Shown in pieces: positions 8,970 to 18,260 of a DNA stretch of 64,000 nucleotides; position 1 is the first letter of the stretch; every line of letters begins with the position of its first letter. The position numbers and the translations under genes were made by a program. The DNA is from Salinispira sp. (GTDB taxonomy: Bacteria; Spirochaetota; Spirochaetia; DSM-27196; Salinispiraceae), in contig OZ271918.1 of NCBI GenBank assembly GCA_965602015.1, forward strand, positions 1,728,001-1,792,000, read 5' to 3'. Below the pieces are notes generated by a model, which made no database searches, was not told where the DNA came from, and saw only the letters and a list, made by a program, of their open reading frames with translations.

Positions 8970-9266
8970 TTATCTCATACATATTATTTTGTTGAGAAAT
9001 TTTCCTTCAATATTACCTTTCAATTTCAGATAATAGGATAACCAAAGAATAATCACCAATAAAACAAAAATAAACTGAGGAATCCCCTGAAGATATCGAA
9101 ATATATTATCCAGTTGTTCGATTTGGAAATTAAGATCTCCATCTTGCCTTACCTCAAATCTTCCGACATACCATCCTCGAAGAAAATCATGCGAAAATGA
9201 AATTAAGAGGTGCAATATGTATGCAATTCCTCCAGAGAAAAGTACAATTCTTCCAGCATTATTCAT
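8970..9266 (-). CDS. Small two-TM membrane protein, unknown function
   Basis: Two hydrophobic stretches; AAGGAG RBS upstream. Confidence 0.6.
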   Translation of the reverse strand: MNNAGRIVLFSGGIAYILHLLISFSHDFLRGWYVGRFEVRQDGDLNFQIEQLDNIFRYLQGIPQFIFVLLVIILWLSYYLKLKGNIEGKFLNKIICMR

Positions 9267-9335
9267 TTCATAAATCTCCTTTCTTCAACCTGCATTATCG
9301 AAATTTATTTCTCGCAATAATTTAAGTTGTCTGGT

Positions 9336-9971
9336 TTAAAATCCTATTTCATTTTCTAGGTGATGTAAGATCATTTCGATTTGATACATTAAATATTGCT
9401 CAGGATGATCCAATGCTATCTCAATATAGTTTTCATCAAAGTTTTCCCTAGTTAAAATTACCTCGCTCATCATTGAATTTGTTCTAATATCCAATAAATC
9501 ATTTTTCAGCTTTAGCAATTTATTTTTGTCATACCTGATGAGATATTGAACTGCAAACTTATTTGCGTCTAACTCCATTTCATATGGTGATAATTCCCAT
9601 ATATCATTCTGCACTTGAATGTAATGACCAAATTCATGAGCAATAAAAAACCAATTAAAGAGATCATGAAATATCTCGGGATCGGTTAGATTTGATGAAA
9701 TAAATTGCTTCTGCTCAGTGTTCAGTTCATTATATTTGGGTACCACAATAGTATTACTTGCTCTGTCATAGAATATTAGGAGATCTGTCGTTCGAAATTC
9801 TATTTTTGGAATGTCGCTGTACCCAATTTCGGATAAATCTTCGTTCAGTGAATTATATAGCCTTTTTGACTCGCTTAAATATGTGCATGACGTGATTGAA
9901 ATGATAATGATCAATAATCCCATGATAATTTTTATCCATTTCATTAAAAAAATCATATCAGTTTGGTCCAA
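9336..9971 (-). CDS. Putative lipoprotein with HExxH zinc-metallopeptidase motif
   Basis: Signal/lipobox ISITSC; AHEFGH...E.DAN.FA; start codon uncertain. Confidence 0.65.
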   Translation of the reverse strand: MDQTDMIFLMKWIKIIMGLLIIIISITSCTYLSESKRLYNSLNEDLSEIGYSDIPKIEFRTTDLLIFYDRASNTIVVPKYNELNTEQKQFISSNLTDPEIFHDLFNWFFIAHEFGHYIQVQNDIWELSPYEMELDANKFAVQYLIRYDKNKLLKLKNDLLDIRTNSMMSEVILTRENFDENYIEIALDHPEQYLMYQIEMILHHLENEIGF

Positions 9972-9988
9972 TACTTAATCTTTTGTCG

Positions 9989-10105
9989 ACATAACAACCA
10001 CTTAACCTGTGAGCCGTACGTTGGCATGGAGTTTGCCCTGCCCTTCAGGGCAGGACAAGCAAACTCCATGCCAATAGGCGAATCAGGCTGAAGTGCTTGT
10101 TATGT
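9989..10105 (-). repeat. attC site
   Basis: Conserved arms with GAGTTTGCCCTGCCC...GCAAACTC terminal structure. Confidence 0.92.
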
Positions 10106-10168
10106 AGCTCCTTTTTCATCAGCGCAACCTGTACTACTGACTTTTTTTATTTCTGCTAATGGCAGCGC

Positions 10169-10723
10169 TTATAAGTTAGTCAAATAATTCTCATTTTGGT
10201 TCTTAATTAAGTAATTGAGTACACTAGTTTCCCTTATGATCCAAGGGAAGTTTCGATTTGCCCCCGGTTTCATTAGGGTTTTATTTTTCTGAAATGCATA
10301 GTTTGGTGATACCCATACAGGCACGATTTGGTACTCTTGTTCCATCTTTGTCAGATTAACTTCATCGAATTTATCCATATATACTGTGCTCACATAGAAG
10401 TAAGAAATCATATGAAAATAATCATACTCCGGCAGAAACGATGTTCTAAATTCCTCGGTGATTAACGCTAAATCGCGAATTTCCTCTATCCTATATCCCG
10501 TCTCTTCATTTATTTCACGAATCAATGTCATTTCATTTGTTTCGCCTGATTCTTGGCCGCCACCAGGGAAACTGTATTCGCCAAATTTATTTGACTTGAT
10601 TAAAAGCAATTTTGAATCAGATTTATCGAATATGATTCCACGGATGCTTTTGTATGATGCTATTTTAATTTTCGAGTCATTCGGATCAGGGAAATCTACT
10701 TCCAAAAATGATAGTTTTTCCAC
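10169..10723 (-). CDS. NUDIX hydrolase
   Basis: Nudix box GGQESGETNEMTLIREINEETG. Confidence 0.9.
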   Translation of the reverse strand: MEKLSFLEVDFPDPNDSKIKIASYKSIRGIIFDKSDSKLLLIKSNKFGEYSFPGGGQESGETNEMTLIREINEETGYRIEEIRDLALITEEFRTSFLPEYDYFHMISYFYVSTVYMDKFDEVNLTKMEQEYQIVPVWVSPNYAFQKNKTLMKPGANRNFPWIIRETSVLNYLIKNQNENYLTNL

Positions 10724-10740
10724 TAAGTCTCCCTGAGTCT

Positions 10741-10840
10741 ACATAACAACCACTTAACCTGTGAGCCGTATATTGGCGCGCGTTTTTGCGAATGCAAAAA
10801 CCGTGACAATAGGCGAATCAGGTTGAAGTGCTTGTTATGT
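10741..10840 (-). repeat. attC site
   Basis: Near-identical to 586-685; overlaps the PIN gene stop. Confidence 0.92.
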
Positions 10841-11266
10841 AGTCCTTCCTTTTTCACTTATAATCTCAATCGCTTCACGAGCAGTATAGATTTGAGTCTG
10901 AGATTTCGAAAAATCCTTAAAATTCCTGGTAATAATCCAATCCAGTTCTTCCCTCTTCGACAATTCATCGATTACTGCATCTTCATAGTCTTTGATATCT
11001 GAATCCAATGCTCTTCGTAGGGTCGATTCATTTGGAGAAAGTACTGAGAGGTTGTCCAGCAGATTATTTATAATTTTATTTCTTTTATTTATCGTTGCTT
11101 TGTCTTTGTCAAGGAAATATGACAACGTGGTGATTTCATGCGCTGCGATATATCCCTTAATTATTTTCCTGCTACATAAGTCATAGATCATTAATGCTGC
11201 TTGATGATCCATTCTCTTATTGAGCATATCTATAATTATATTTAAATCAATTAATACTCTTTTCAT
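10835..11266 (-). CDS. PIN-domain toxin (VapC-like)
   Basis: VLIDLNIIID...DYEDA...IITRNFKDF. Confidence 0.88.
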   Translation of the reverse strand: MKRVLIDLNIIIDMLNKRMDHQAALMIYDLCSRKIIKGYIAAHEITTLSYFLDKDKATINKRNKIINNLLDNLSVLSPNESTLRRALDSDIKDYEDAVIDELSKREELDWIITRNFKDFSKSQTQIYTAREAIEIISEKGRTT

Positions 11267-11489
11267 GGAATTCCTTTCTCATTTCATCTTTGTCTGGGAC
11301 TTGATTTGATTCAAGAATTCCATAAATTTCTTTTGCTGATGAGGATATTTTTGAGGTGTCAATTTCTCTTTTCAAATTTAAAAAATATTTTTCGACGATA
11401 TTGGAAATCGATTGATGTGTTTTCTTAGAATATTCATGTGCAAAATCTATTAACGATTCGTCCACGTTTAGTGTAAGTTTTTTATTCAT
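11247..11489 (-). CDS. RHH-type antitoxin (DUF6364-like)
   Basis: MNKKLTLNVDESLI...SISNIVE; overlaps the PIN gene. Confidence 0.75.
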   Translation of the reverse strand: MNKKLTLNVDESLIDFAHEYSKKTHQSISNIVEKYFLNLKREIDTSKISSSAKEIYGILESNQVPDKDEMRKEFHEKSIN

Positions 11490-11496
11490 GGTAACC

Positions 11497-11534
11497 TCAC
11501 GTACAAATATATATTAATATTACGTGATTTTCAA
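11497..11534 (-). promoter_or_regulatory. TA promoter with operator inverted repeat
   Basis: TTGAAA-17-TATATT overlapped by TCACGTA...TACGTGA. Confidence 0.7.
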
Positions 11535-11613
11535 TATGGAAAAACTAATGGCCATTTCGTCCGACATACTTCTCTTGTTGCATGGGTTTTTCCAAGAGCA
11601 GATTTTTGGATCT

Positions 11614-11726
11614 ACATAACAACCACTTGAGCGGCGAGCCGTTATTGGCGTGGAGTTTGCCCGCCGCAAGGCGGATCAGCAAACTCCATGACAATAGGCG
11701 AGTCCGTCTCGAAGTGCTTGTTATAT
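11614..11726 (-). repeat. attC site
   Basis: ACATAACAACCACTTGAGCGG...CCGTCTCGAAGTGCTTGTTATAT on + strand. Confidence 0.92.
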
Positions 11727-11750
11727 GCCGCCTCGACTACTCATACATAA

Positions 11751-12245
11751 TTACATTACTAAATCATCCAAATCAATTTCAAAATAGCTCATATCTAATT
11801 CATCATACATATATTTAAATCCAACTTTTTCGAGAACTCTTTTGCTAGGCAAATTCCTCGATGTTGTATCCGCAAAAATTTTCGAAAGTCCAAGGCTAAT
11901 TTTTGCAAAACCCAAAATTAACCGTTCAGCTTGAGTTCCAATTCCAAGATTTTTGTATTTATCATTTGCCAAAATAATGCTTAGGGTTGCTGTTTGTTTT
12001 TGGTAGTTAATTTTTTTTAGTTGGATTTCGCCTACAACTTCAGAATAGAGAAAGACACCAAAGACTCTCCGATTTGGGTCTGAAATTTTTGATTTATAAT
12101 ACGAGTCAACACTTTCAGAATCATAATGAAAGACTTGATTCGTCATTAACGGATCTGCCACGTATCTTAAATAAAAGTCATGACAATTCTCCAGGGTATA
12201 TGGTTGAATAGAGATATCCTGAATTTGCCATCTTGAATCAATCAT
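11751..12245 (-). CDS. GNAT acetyltransferase (RimJ/RimL-like)
   Basis: YKNLGIGT, NLPSKRVLEKVGF; start at ATG 12245 inside the cassette. Confidence 0.85.
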   Translation of the reverse strand: MIDSRWQIQDISIQPYTLENCHDFYLRYVADPLMTNQVFHYDSESVDSYYKSKISDPNRRVFGVFLYSEVVGEIQLKKINYQKQTATLSIILANDKYKNLGIGTQAERLILGFAKISLGLSKIFADTTSRNLPSKRVLEKVGFKYMYDELDMSYFEIDLDDLVM

Positions 12246-12286
12246 AGTTTGACAGCAGTTTCCTGAATGATATTTCTGGAGTGTGC

Positions 12287-12386
12287 ATATAACAACCACT
12301 TAACCTGTGAGCCGTACATTGGCGCGTGTTTTTGCGAATGCAAAAACCGTGACAATAGGCGAATCAGGTTGAAGTGCTTGTTATAC
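12287..12386 (-). repeat. attC site
   Basis: Near-identical to 586-685. Confidence 0.92.
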
Positions 12387-12426
12387 GGCATTTTATCATC
12401 TTTTTAGTATTTTGATTATTATTTAT

Positions 12427-12831
12427 TTAATTTGAGATCAATTTAAGCCCATCAGTTACATACTGTTGGATTTTCTTGTCGTGTGAAATTAGTGTATATC
12501 CAGATTCAATCGCCTGCCAGACTAACATTCGATCAAACGGATCTTTATGGTTTTCTTTTTTGGGTAAGCGATAATACGAAGTCAAAATCTCATTGGAGAT
12601 CTCAGAAATTTCAAACCCCGATTTTGATATTTGGATCAATAATTGATCAGGATTGAGATCCCCCAAATCGAGTTTACCAAGAGAATATTTAATTGAAATT
12701 TCCCATAAACTTATTCCCGACACGAATTTCTGATCTGAGGATGATTCCAAAATCTGGAGAATTTCTTTTGATAAGTTTTCGGGGTTGAAAAGTGTCCAGA
12801 GTAGGATGTGGGTATCAACTAGATACATCAT
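12427..12831 (-). CDS. VapC-family PIN toxin
   Basis: YLVDTHILLW, SLWEISIK, HKDPFDRML, ISHD. Confidence 0.9.
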   Translation of the reverse strand: MMYLVDTHILLWTLFNPENLSKEILQILESSSDQKFVSGISLWEISIKYSLGKLDLGDLNPDQLLIQISKSGFEISEISNEILTSYYRLPKKENHKDPFDRMLVWQAIESGYTLISHDKKIQQYVTDGLKLISN

Positions 12832-13064
12832 TGGCCAATTAATTCTTCTTCAGTCATTTCGAAATCATTTGTGAATGCGATTTCGTGTTCTTTCAAGAGG
12901 CCAATTTTAACTGAATGATTTTGATTTAATTCAGAGATCGGAATTAACGCTGCAACGCTTTTTTTATTCCGGCCGTATGTGATTATAATTTTTTCTCCAG
13001 ATTCAACTTCTTTAAGAATTTCAGAAAAGTGTGTTTTAAATTCTCCAACGGCAAAGGTTTTCAT
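12828..13064 (-). CDS. Phd/YefM-family antitoxin
   Basis: VGEFKTHFSEILKEVESGEKIIIT. Confidence 0.88.
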   Translation of the reverse strand: MKTFAVGEFKTHFSEILKEVESGEKIIITYGRNKKSVAALIPISELNQNHSVKIGLLKEHEIAFTNDFEMTEEELIGQ

Positions 13065-13099
13065 AGATTAATAATCTAATTATTTTGTCAACTTGTCAA
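13064..13099 (-). promoter_or_regulatory. TA promoter/operator
   Basis: Two tandem TTGACA and palindrome TAGATTA-N-TAATCTA touching the start codon. Confidence 0.6.
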
Positions 13100-13134
13100 G
13101 ATCGTTTTCTGAGAGTGAATCAAATTTTATGTCC

Positions 13135-13247
13135 GTATAACAACGCCTTGAGCGGCACGCCGTCAATTGGCGTGGAGTTTGCCCCGCGCAGCGGGAAAAG
13201 CAAACTCCATGACAATAGGCGTGTCCGTCTCGAAGCGCTTGTTATGC
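13135..13247 (-). repeat. attC site
   Basis: GTATAACAACGCCTTGAGCGG...CCGTCTCGAAGCGCTTGTTATGC on + strand. Confidence 0.9.
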
Positions 13248-14036
13248 AGCGACCTCTTTCCTCATGGTACTGCTGTTGCCCTTTATCATGAATCGAGTCA
13301 ACAAAAGCAAGATTCCAAGCAAAAAGATTGTGACTATCCATCGCATCATCGATGGAAAATCCAATGTATTTAAAAACAGGTCCCCAATATATCGAGAAGA
13401 TAAATTTACGATTCCATGAATTAGAATTGCGAAGTGAATTGAATAACCTTGAATAATAATCCAACCAAGAAAAAATCCTAATACAAGAGTAAATGAAATA
13501 AGGAGGATGGTGCCATGAATAAGTGCAAAACAGATTGTGGATACAATAAGCGATGTATATTTATAATTTTCGGTAAACGGCAGGACATCCCGAAAGATTA
13601 GCTCTTCAATAATTGGTGATAGGATCCCAATTGAGATCAGAGTGAATATTTTTCTTGTATTGTCTCCTGTGTCATACATTTGAATTATCTGGGATATTTC
13701 AATTTCAGCTTGTCCGGGAAAAAATATGTGTCCGATATTCCATGAAAATGAGATGAAGCTTATTCCCCAAAATAGCATAATCAATACCTGAAAGGGATCC
13801 ATCTCCGGTTTTTGAAATACATTCGAAAATAATCTTTTGCTTGGGAGCAATAGCATAAGAATTAGAAAGATAAATTTTCCAATAGCTACCCGTTCGGGAA
13901 ACTGTGAAGATGGATTGATGCTTATATTATATCCAGTATCATTTTGGGTAATTGTTGTGGATGCAAATACGAGAGTAAGAAAATATAAGAATACCAGGAG
14001 AAGCATGAATAGTAAGGGTTTTCCTGGAAATTTCAT
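13242..14036 (-). CDS. CPBP/Abi (CAAX) intramembrane metalloprotease
   Basis: EELIFR, FALIH, IHGIVN motifs; multiple TM segments. Confidence 0.88.
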   Translation of the reverse strand: MKFPGKPLLFMLLLVFLYFLTLVFASTTITQNDTGYNISINPSSQFPERVAIGKFIFLILMLLLPSKRLFSNVFQKPEMDPFQVLIMLFWGISFISFSWNIGHIFFPGQAEIEISQIIQMYDTGDNTRKIFTLISIGILSPIIEELIFRDVLPFTENYKYTSLIVSTICFALIHGTILLISFTLVLGFFLGWIIIQGYSIHFAILIHGIVNLSSRYIGDLFLNTLDFPSMMRWIVTIFLLGILLLLTRFMIKGNSSTMRKEVAA

Positions 14037-14069
14037 ACTCGGTGTATCCTATAAATCATTCTTGCGTCT

Positions 14070-14169
14070 GCATAACAACCACTTAACCTGTGAGCCGTAC
14101 ATTGGCGCGCGTTTTTGCGAATGCAAAAACCGTGACAATAGGCGAATCAGGTTGAAGTGCCTGTTATAT
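14070..14169 (-). repeat. attC site
   Basis: Near-identical to 586-685, including the GTGCCTGTT variant. Confidence 0.92.
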
Positions 14170-14570
14170 GGCCAAATCTTTCAACAACCAAGATCAGTTC
14201 CCTACACCTTGTTTCCAACCTTCGACCCGCTTTCAATTATGATCCACTAAACTACGCAGATTTTCAATAATCTCACCGAAGTAGCTGCGGGAGTGAGGGA
14301 AAAACCAGATTAACCCCCGGTCTACTTCTCGAATCCCCTAATCCAAACGAGAATCCAATTTCAAAACATTTCAGGATTCAACCTCCACCCCGATGTTACT
14401 TGCCGAGGGAATCACTTACATAATTCCAATCTTCCAGGGAAGCCCAAGCAAAAACACCAAAAATTTTCCAATCAGATTCGAGTAATAAAATGAAGAGCGA
14501 ATGATCTTTAAAGCCCGAAGAAGCCCGGTATTCAAGAAATTGTGAGAACATGAAACTTCGTCCATATAAC
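14163..14570 (-). other. Gene-less integron cassette A (first position)
   Basis: Between attI and the first attC; ends GTTATATGG/CCATATAAC. Confidence 0.8.
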
Positions 14571-14604
14571 AACCCACTTATGCTGAAAACCCTTGCATGC
14601 TGAA
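14564..14604 (-). other. attI site
   Basis: Last GTT core (TAAGTGGGTT-GTTATAT) before intI with no partner arm; ATGCTGAA direct repeats at 14580 and 14597. Confidence 0.75.
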
Positions 14605-14631
14605 TTGTAGCATAACTCCGAAAGCTGTGAA
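14604..14631 (-). promoter_or_regulatory. Candidate cassette promoter Pc
   Basis: TTCACA-16-TACAAT with extended -10 TG, pointing into the array. Confidence 0.55.
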
Positions 14632-14713
14632 AAGGTAGATAAGTCATTGCAGATATCTGGTTTTCTGCTTAAGTGCATTTTGAATCAAATCAGGAAAAAA
14701 ATCGGTTGGTTAG

Positions 14714-15973
14714 TTGATGAATAACCCAAAAGCAACCAAAAAAACAACTGCGCGCAGTTTCTCTGAGTATTTGCTTCGCGATCTGGGCCTTCAGGAGAAG
14801 GAAATACCACATTACATCAGGTGGGTCAAAATGTTCCGTCGCCATTGTGCCGATCACAAGCCTACAACTGAGCTTATCCAGGAATTCCTGCAACGGAAAA
14901 TGTCGGGCTTTGAAGGCTGGCAGATACAGCAAGCGAACAGGGCAATCCGCATTTATCTGCGACAGACTATGCCGGAAGTGTTTCGTTTTGCATTGGATGA
15001 ACCACAAGAAGCATGGCGAGAATTTATCGGGAAGACCAGAGACGAATTGCGCTTCCAGAACAAAGCATACCAAACGGAAAAATCATACCTCCGCTGGTTG
15101 GCCTCTTTCGGAGATTTTGTGAATAGAAAGCCTGTGAACGATCTTTGTGAGGGTGATGTAAAACGCTATCTAACATACTTGGCGGATAAAAAACGGGTGG
15201 CAAAGGCTACCCAAAATCAGGCGTTTAACGCCCTGCTTTTTGCCTTTCGGCATGTTTTAGGAATTTCAATTTCTAATCTTCAACACGTTATTCGCGCCCG
15301 GCACAGTTTGAGGCTGCCGGTTGTTCTGAGTAAGGATGAAATCTTATTGATCCTCGGCCAACTGAAAGAAAAACATCGACTCATGTGTCAGTTGATATAC
15401 AGCAGCGGCTTGCGAATTACCGAATTACTGTCCCTGAGAGTCAAAGATTTGGATTTTGATAATCAGCTGATTAATGTGCGTTCGGGAAAGGGTGATAAAG
15501 ACCGGCAGACCCTGCTTTCGGCCAGGCTCATTCCACAGCTCCAAAATCATCTACGGGAAGTTCGTTACTGGTATGAGTTGGACAGAAAAGAAGACCGAAA
15601 TGGAGTTGAGCTGCCAAAATCTCTTGAACGGAAATATAAAAATGCGGGAAAGGAATGGGGATGGTTTTGGCTTTTTCCTGCAAACAGATTGTCCATAGAT
15701 CCAAGAAGCGCCGTTGTCCGCCGATATCATGTGCTTCCCGGGGCCCTGCAAAAGGATTTTAAAACAGCGGTATTGCGCGCAAAAATCCCGAAGCAGGCCA
15801 GCGTTCATACCCTGCGGCACAGTTTTGCCACCCATCTTATCGAGACGGGGTATGATGTGAGGACAGTACAGGAGCTGCTTGGCCATTCCAATCTCAACAC
15901 AACAATGGTGTACACACATGTCGCGGCAAAAAACAAGTTAGGAGTAATTAGCCCGCTTGATAGCTTGTCATAA
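14714..15973 (+). CDS. intI: Integron integrase
   Basis: GLRITE, GKGDKDR, IntI patch ELPKSLERKY..AGKEWGWFWLFPA, HTLRHSFATHL, LGH, YTH. Confidence 0.96.
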   Translation: MMNNPKATKKTTARSFSEYLLRDLGLQEKEIPHYIRWVKMFRRHCADHKPTTELIQEFLQRKMSGFEGWQIQQANRAIRIYLRQTMPEVFRFALDEPQEAWREFIGKTRDELRFQNKAYQTEKSYLRWLASFGDFVNRKPVNDLCEGDVKRYLTYLADKKRVAKATQNQAFNALLFAFRHVLGISISNLQHVIRARHSLRLPVVLSKDEILLILGQLKEKHRLMCQLIYSSGLRITELLSLRVKDLDFDNQLINVRSGKGDKDRQTLLSARLIPQLQNHLREVRYWYELDRKEDRNGVELPKSLERKYKNAGKEWGWFWLFPANRLSIDPRSAVVRRYHVLPGALQKDFKTAVLRAKIPKQASVHTLRHSFATHLIETGYDVRTVQELLGHSNLNTTMVYTHVAAKNKLGVISPLDSLS

Positions 15974-16081
15974 AAATCTGGCGCTGATTCGAAAATATTG
16001 GACAAATAGTCAGGGATTAACTAATTTTTAATATAGAAAAAATCACAAATCGTGTACCGAAAAAACTATTAGGATGTAAAA

Positions 16082-17902
16082 ATGAAAAAGAAGCGGTCAG
16101 TAGATATTAACACAAAAATCATCATTGGATTTAGCGGAATCCTTGTTTTAATGGTGGGTCTGGCGCTATTTGGGATAACCCGGGTCCTTCAGATAAACCG
16201 GGACCTCACAAGGATTAACGACGTTAATGCAGTAAAACAGCGCTATGCTATTAATTTTCGAGGCAGCGTTCACGATCGGTCCATCGACATCAGGGATGTA
16301 ATCCTCATCGAAAACGACCGAGCGCTTCTTGAATCGGTGTATGAAAATATTGACCGGCTCAAGGTCTTTTACGAGGACTCAGAAGATCCCCTCGACAGAA
16401 TTTTTGCTGAGGATCAAACAATTCTCGAAGTGGAAAGAAACGCCTTAACGAATATAAAACAGATAGAATCCAGGACAGAGCCGGTTGTGGAGGAGATTAT
16501 CCGCTTGCGCGAGAGCGGAGACATCGAGACAGCTCGGGAGCTGCTCCTGGAATCTGCAAGGCCTCTGTTTACGTCATGGTTGGACGCAATCAATGTGTTC
16601 ATCGATTATCAGGAGGAGCAGAATAATTTTATCGCGACCCGAACAAGGGAAATAGCCGACGGTTATGCTCGAATCATCCTTATTGCAACCGGTGCCGCCC
16701 TACTCGCCGGCGCTCTCCTGGCTTTATGGTCAATCCGCTCCATTATCCCTCTTAGAAATATTAACAGCGCTATTAGGGATATTTCCGAAGGGGATGGGGA
16801 TCTCACAAAACAGCTCGATGTACGATCTGATGATGAGGTCGGCCGGCTTTCCGATGAATTTAATCAGTTCATCGCTAATCTTCGGGGCATTATCTCTCAG
16901 GTAAAGGAGGGAAGTGAAAGTCTCGACAGCGTGAGTAGCGAATTAAAAAACCAGATGAGAGAAACCTCAGAGGCAGTGAGTGAAATATCCCGGGTAATGG
17001 ATCAACTCGAAAATGAAGTCACCAATACCCAGGCCGGCCAAGTATCCGAAGTATCGGCTACCGTAGAGGAAATCGCACAAAATACCGCTGCGTTATCCCA
17101 AGCGATTGAAAAACAGGCAAATACCATAGCAGACAGTACTGCCGCGGTACAGCAAATGATTGCGAACATTGCCTCAATTACCGACTTGCTTAGCAAAAGC
17201 TCTGAGCGCTTTGATTATCTCAAGGTGGTTGCCGATAAGGGGGCGGAGATTATCCAGCAGGTTAACAGAATGGTCGATGGCATCAGCAGTCAATCCGATG
17301 GTGTTTTAGAAACGAACAAGCTGATTAGCAACATCTCTGCTCAGACAAACCTTCTTGCAATGAACGCTGCAATCGAAGCGGCCCACGCCGGCGAGGCAGG
17401 CCGCGGTTTTGCCGTCGTCGCAGCGGAAATCAGGAATCTCGCCGAGAACTCAGCCCAGCAGTCCCGTTCGATTTCAGAAGTGTTGAAGACCCTGCAAACT
17501 TCGATTCACGACGTCGTCGACAAATCAGATGAAGCCGGAGAAGCCTTCGCCTCGGTTCAGGGTGCCATTGGGACTGTTGTAGACCTGCAGAAACAGGTAG
17601 AAGTGGCGATGCAGGAGCAAAGCGCGGGGAACAAGCAGGTCTTGGATTCTTTTCAGGTAATAACTGAGCTCACCGGCCAGGTACAGAATGGCAGCCGGGT
17701 CATGACAGAAGGCAGCGCAAAGATCCAAACAACCATGGGTAAACTGGTTGAAGGCTCCCGCCAGGTGGAGAGTCGCATAGACACCATCAATGGAAAAACG
17801 CGAAATATCGAACAGACCGTCAAAAATGTCGATCAGCTTTCTGAGAATGCCTTCGAACGGGCTAAGCAAGTGTCAAGTTCGGTGGGTCGCTTCATTCTGT
17901 AG
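16082..17902 (+). CDS. Methyl-accepting chemotaxis protein (4HB sensor, HAMP)
   Basis: Two [33 protein letters not shown]. Confidence 0.95.
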   Translation: MKKKRSVDINTKIIIGFSGILVLMVGLALFGITRVLQINRDLTRINDVNAVKQRYAINFRGSVHDRSIDIRDVILIENDRALLESVYENIDRLKVFYEDSEDPLDRIFAEDQTILEVERNALTNIKQIESRTEPVVEEIIRLRESGDIETARELLLESARPLFTSWLDAINVFIDYQEEQNNFIATRTREIADGYARIILIATGAALLAGALLALWSIRSIIPLRNINSAIRDISEGDGDLTKQLDVRSDDEVGRLSDEFNQFIANLRGIISQVKEGSESLDSVSSELKNQMRETSEAVSEISRVMDQLENEVTNTQAGQVSEVSATVEEIAQNTAALSQAIEKQANTIADSTAAVQQMIANIASITDLLSKSSERFDYLKVVADKGAEIIQQVNRMVDGISSQSDGVLETNKLISNISAQTNLLAMNAAIEAAHAGEAGRGFAVVAAEIRNLAENSAQQSRSISEVLKTLQTSIHDVVDKSDEAGEAFASVQGAIGTVVDLQKQVEVAMQEQSAGNKQVLDSFQVITELTGQVQNGSRVMTEGSAKIQTTMGKLVEGSRQVESRIDTINGKTRNIEQTVKNVDQLSENAFERAKQVSSSVGRFIL

Positions 17903-18260
17903 CGATCTGGCTCTCATTATATCTCATATACCAGATGCAGTGATGCGGGATTGCACCTATATAGCGCCGAGTTCATCAGGTTGGTGATCATAGAGTAGTA
18001 TCCGACGTATCGATTGAAACCACTTTGATCATCATCTTTGAGAAGTTCGGGATAGTACCCGGTTTTCCTCACCGGAATAAGGTCCCTTCGTTCCATTCCT
18101 TTATACATGAACCGCAGCGGCATTGCGATAAACAACGGCGTAGTGTCCCAAAGAAGAAAGGCAAACACCGGTAAAAAATATGATTGCGGGAAAATCAATG
18201 CGGGATATACTGATGTGTCTTCTGCGAACGTAACCAATATCTGCATGTCGGAGGGGCTAG

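Noticed and set aside
586..14169. Repeats as a CRISPR array or REP/MITE family
   Set aside because: Units are 100-155 bp, separated by gene-sized cassettes, with TAAC/GTT ends and an adjacent intI; no cas genes
14396..14647. 83-aa ORF across attI
   Set aside because: Spans the recombination site, and the paralogous cassette has TAA at the fourth codon of the shared MFSQ part
14600..14716. LexA/SOS box upstream of intI
   Set aside because: No CTGT-N8-ACAG or GAAC-N4-GTTC seen; a lineage-specific box cannot be excluded
17917..18246. 109-aa ORF between MCP and membrane protein
   Set aside because: No recognisable motif or RBS; may be intergenic or a remnant
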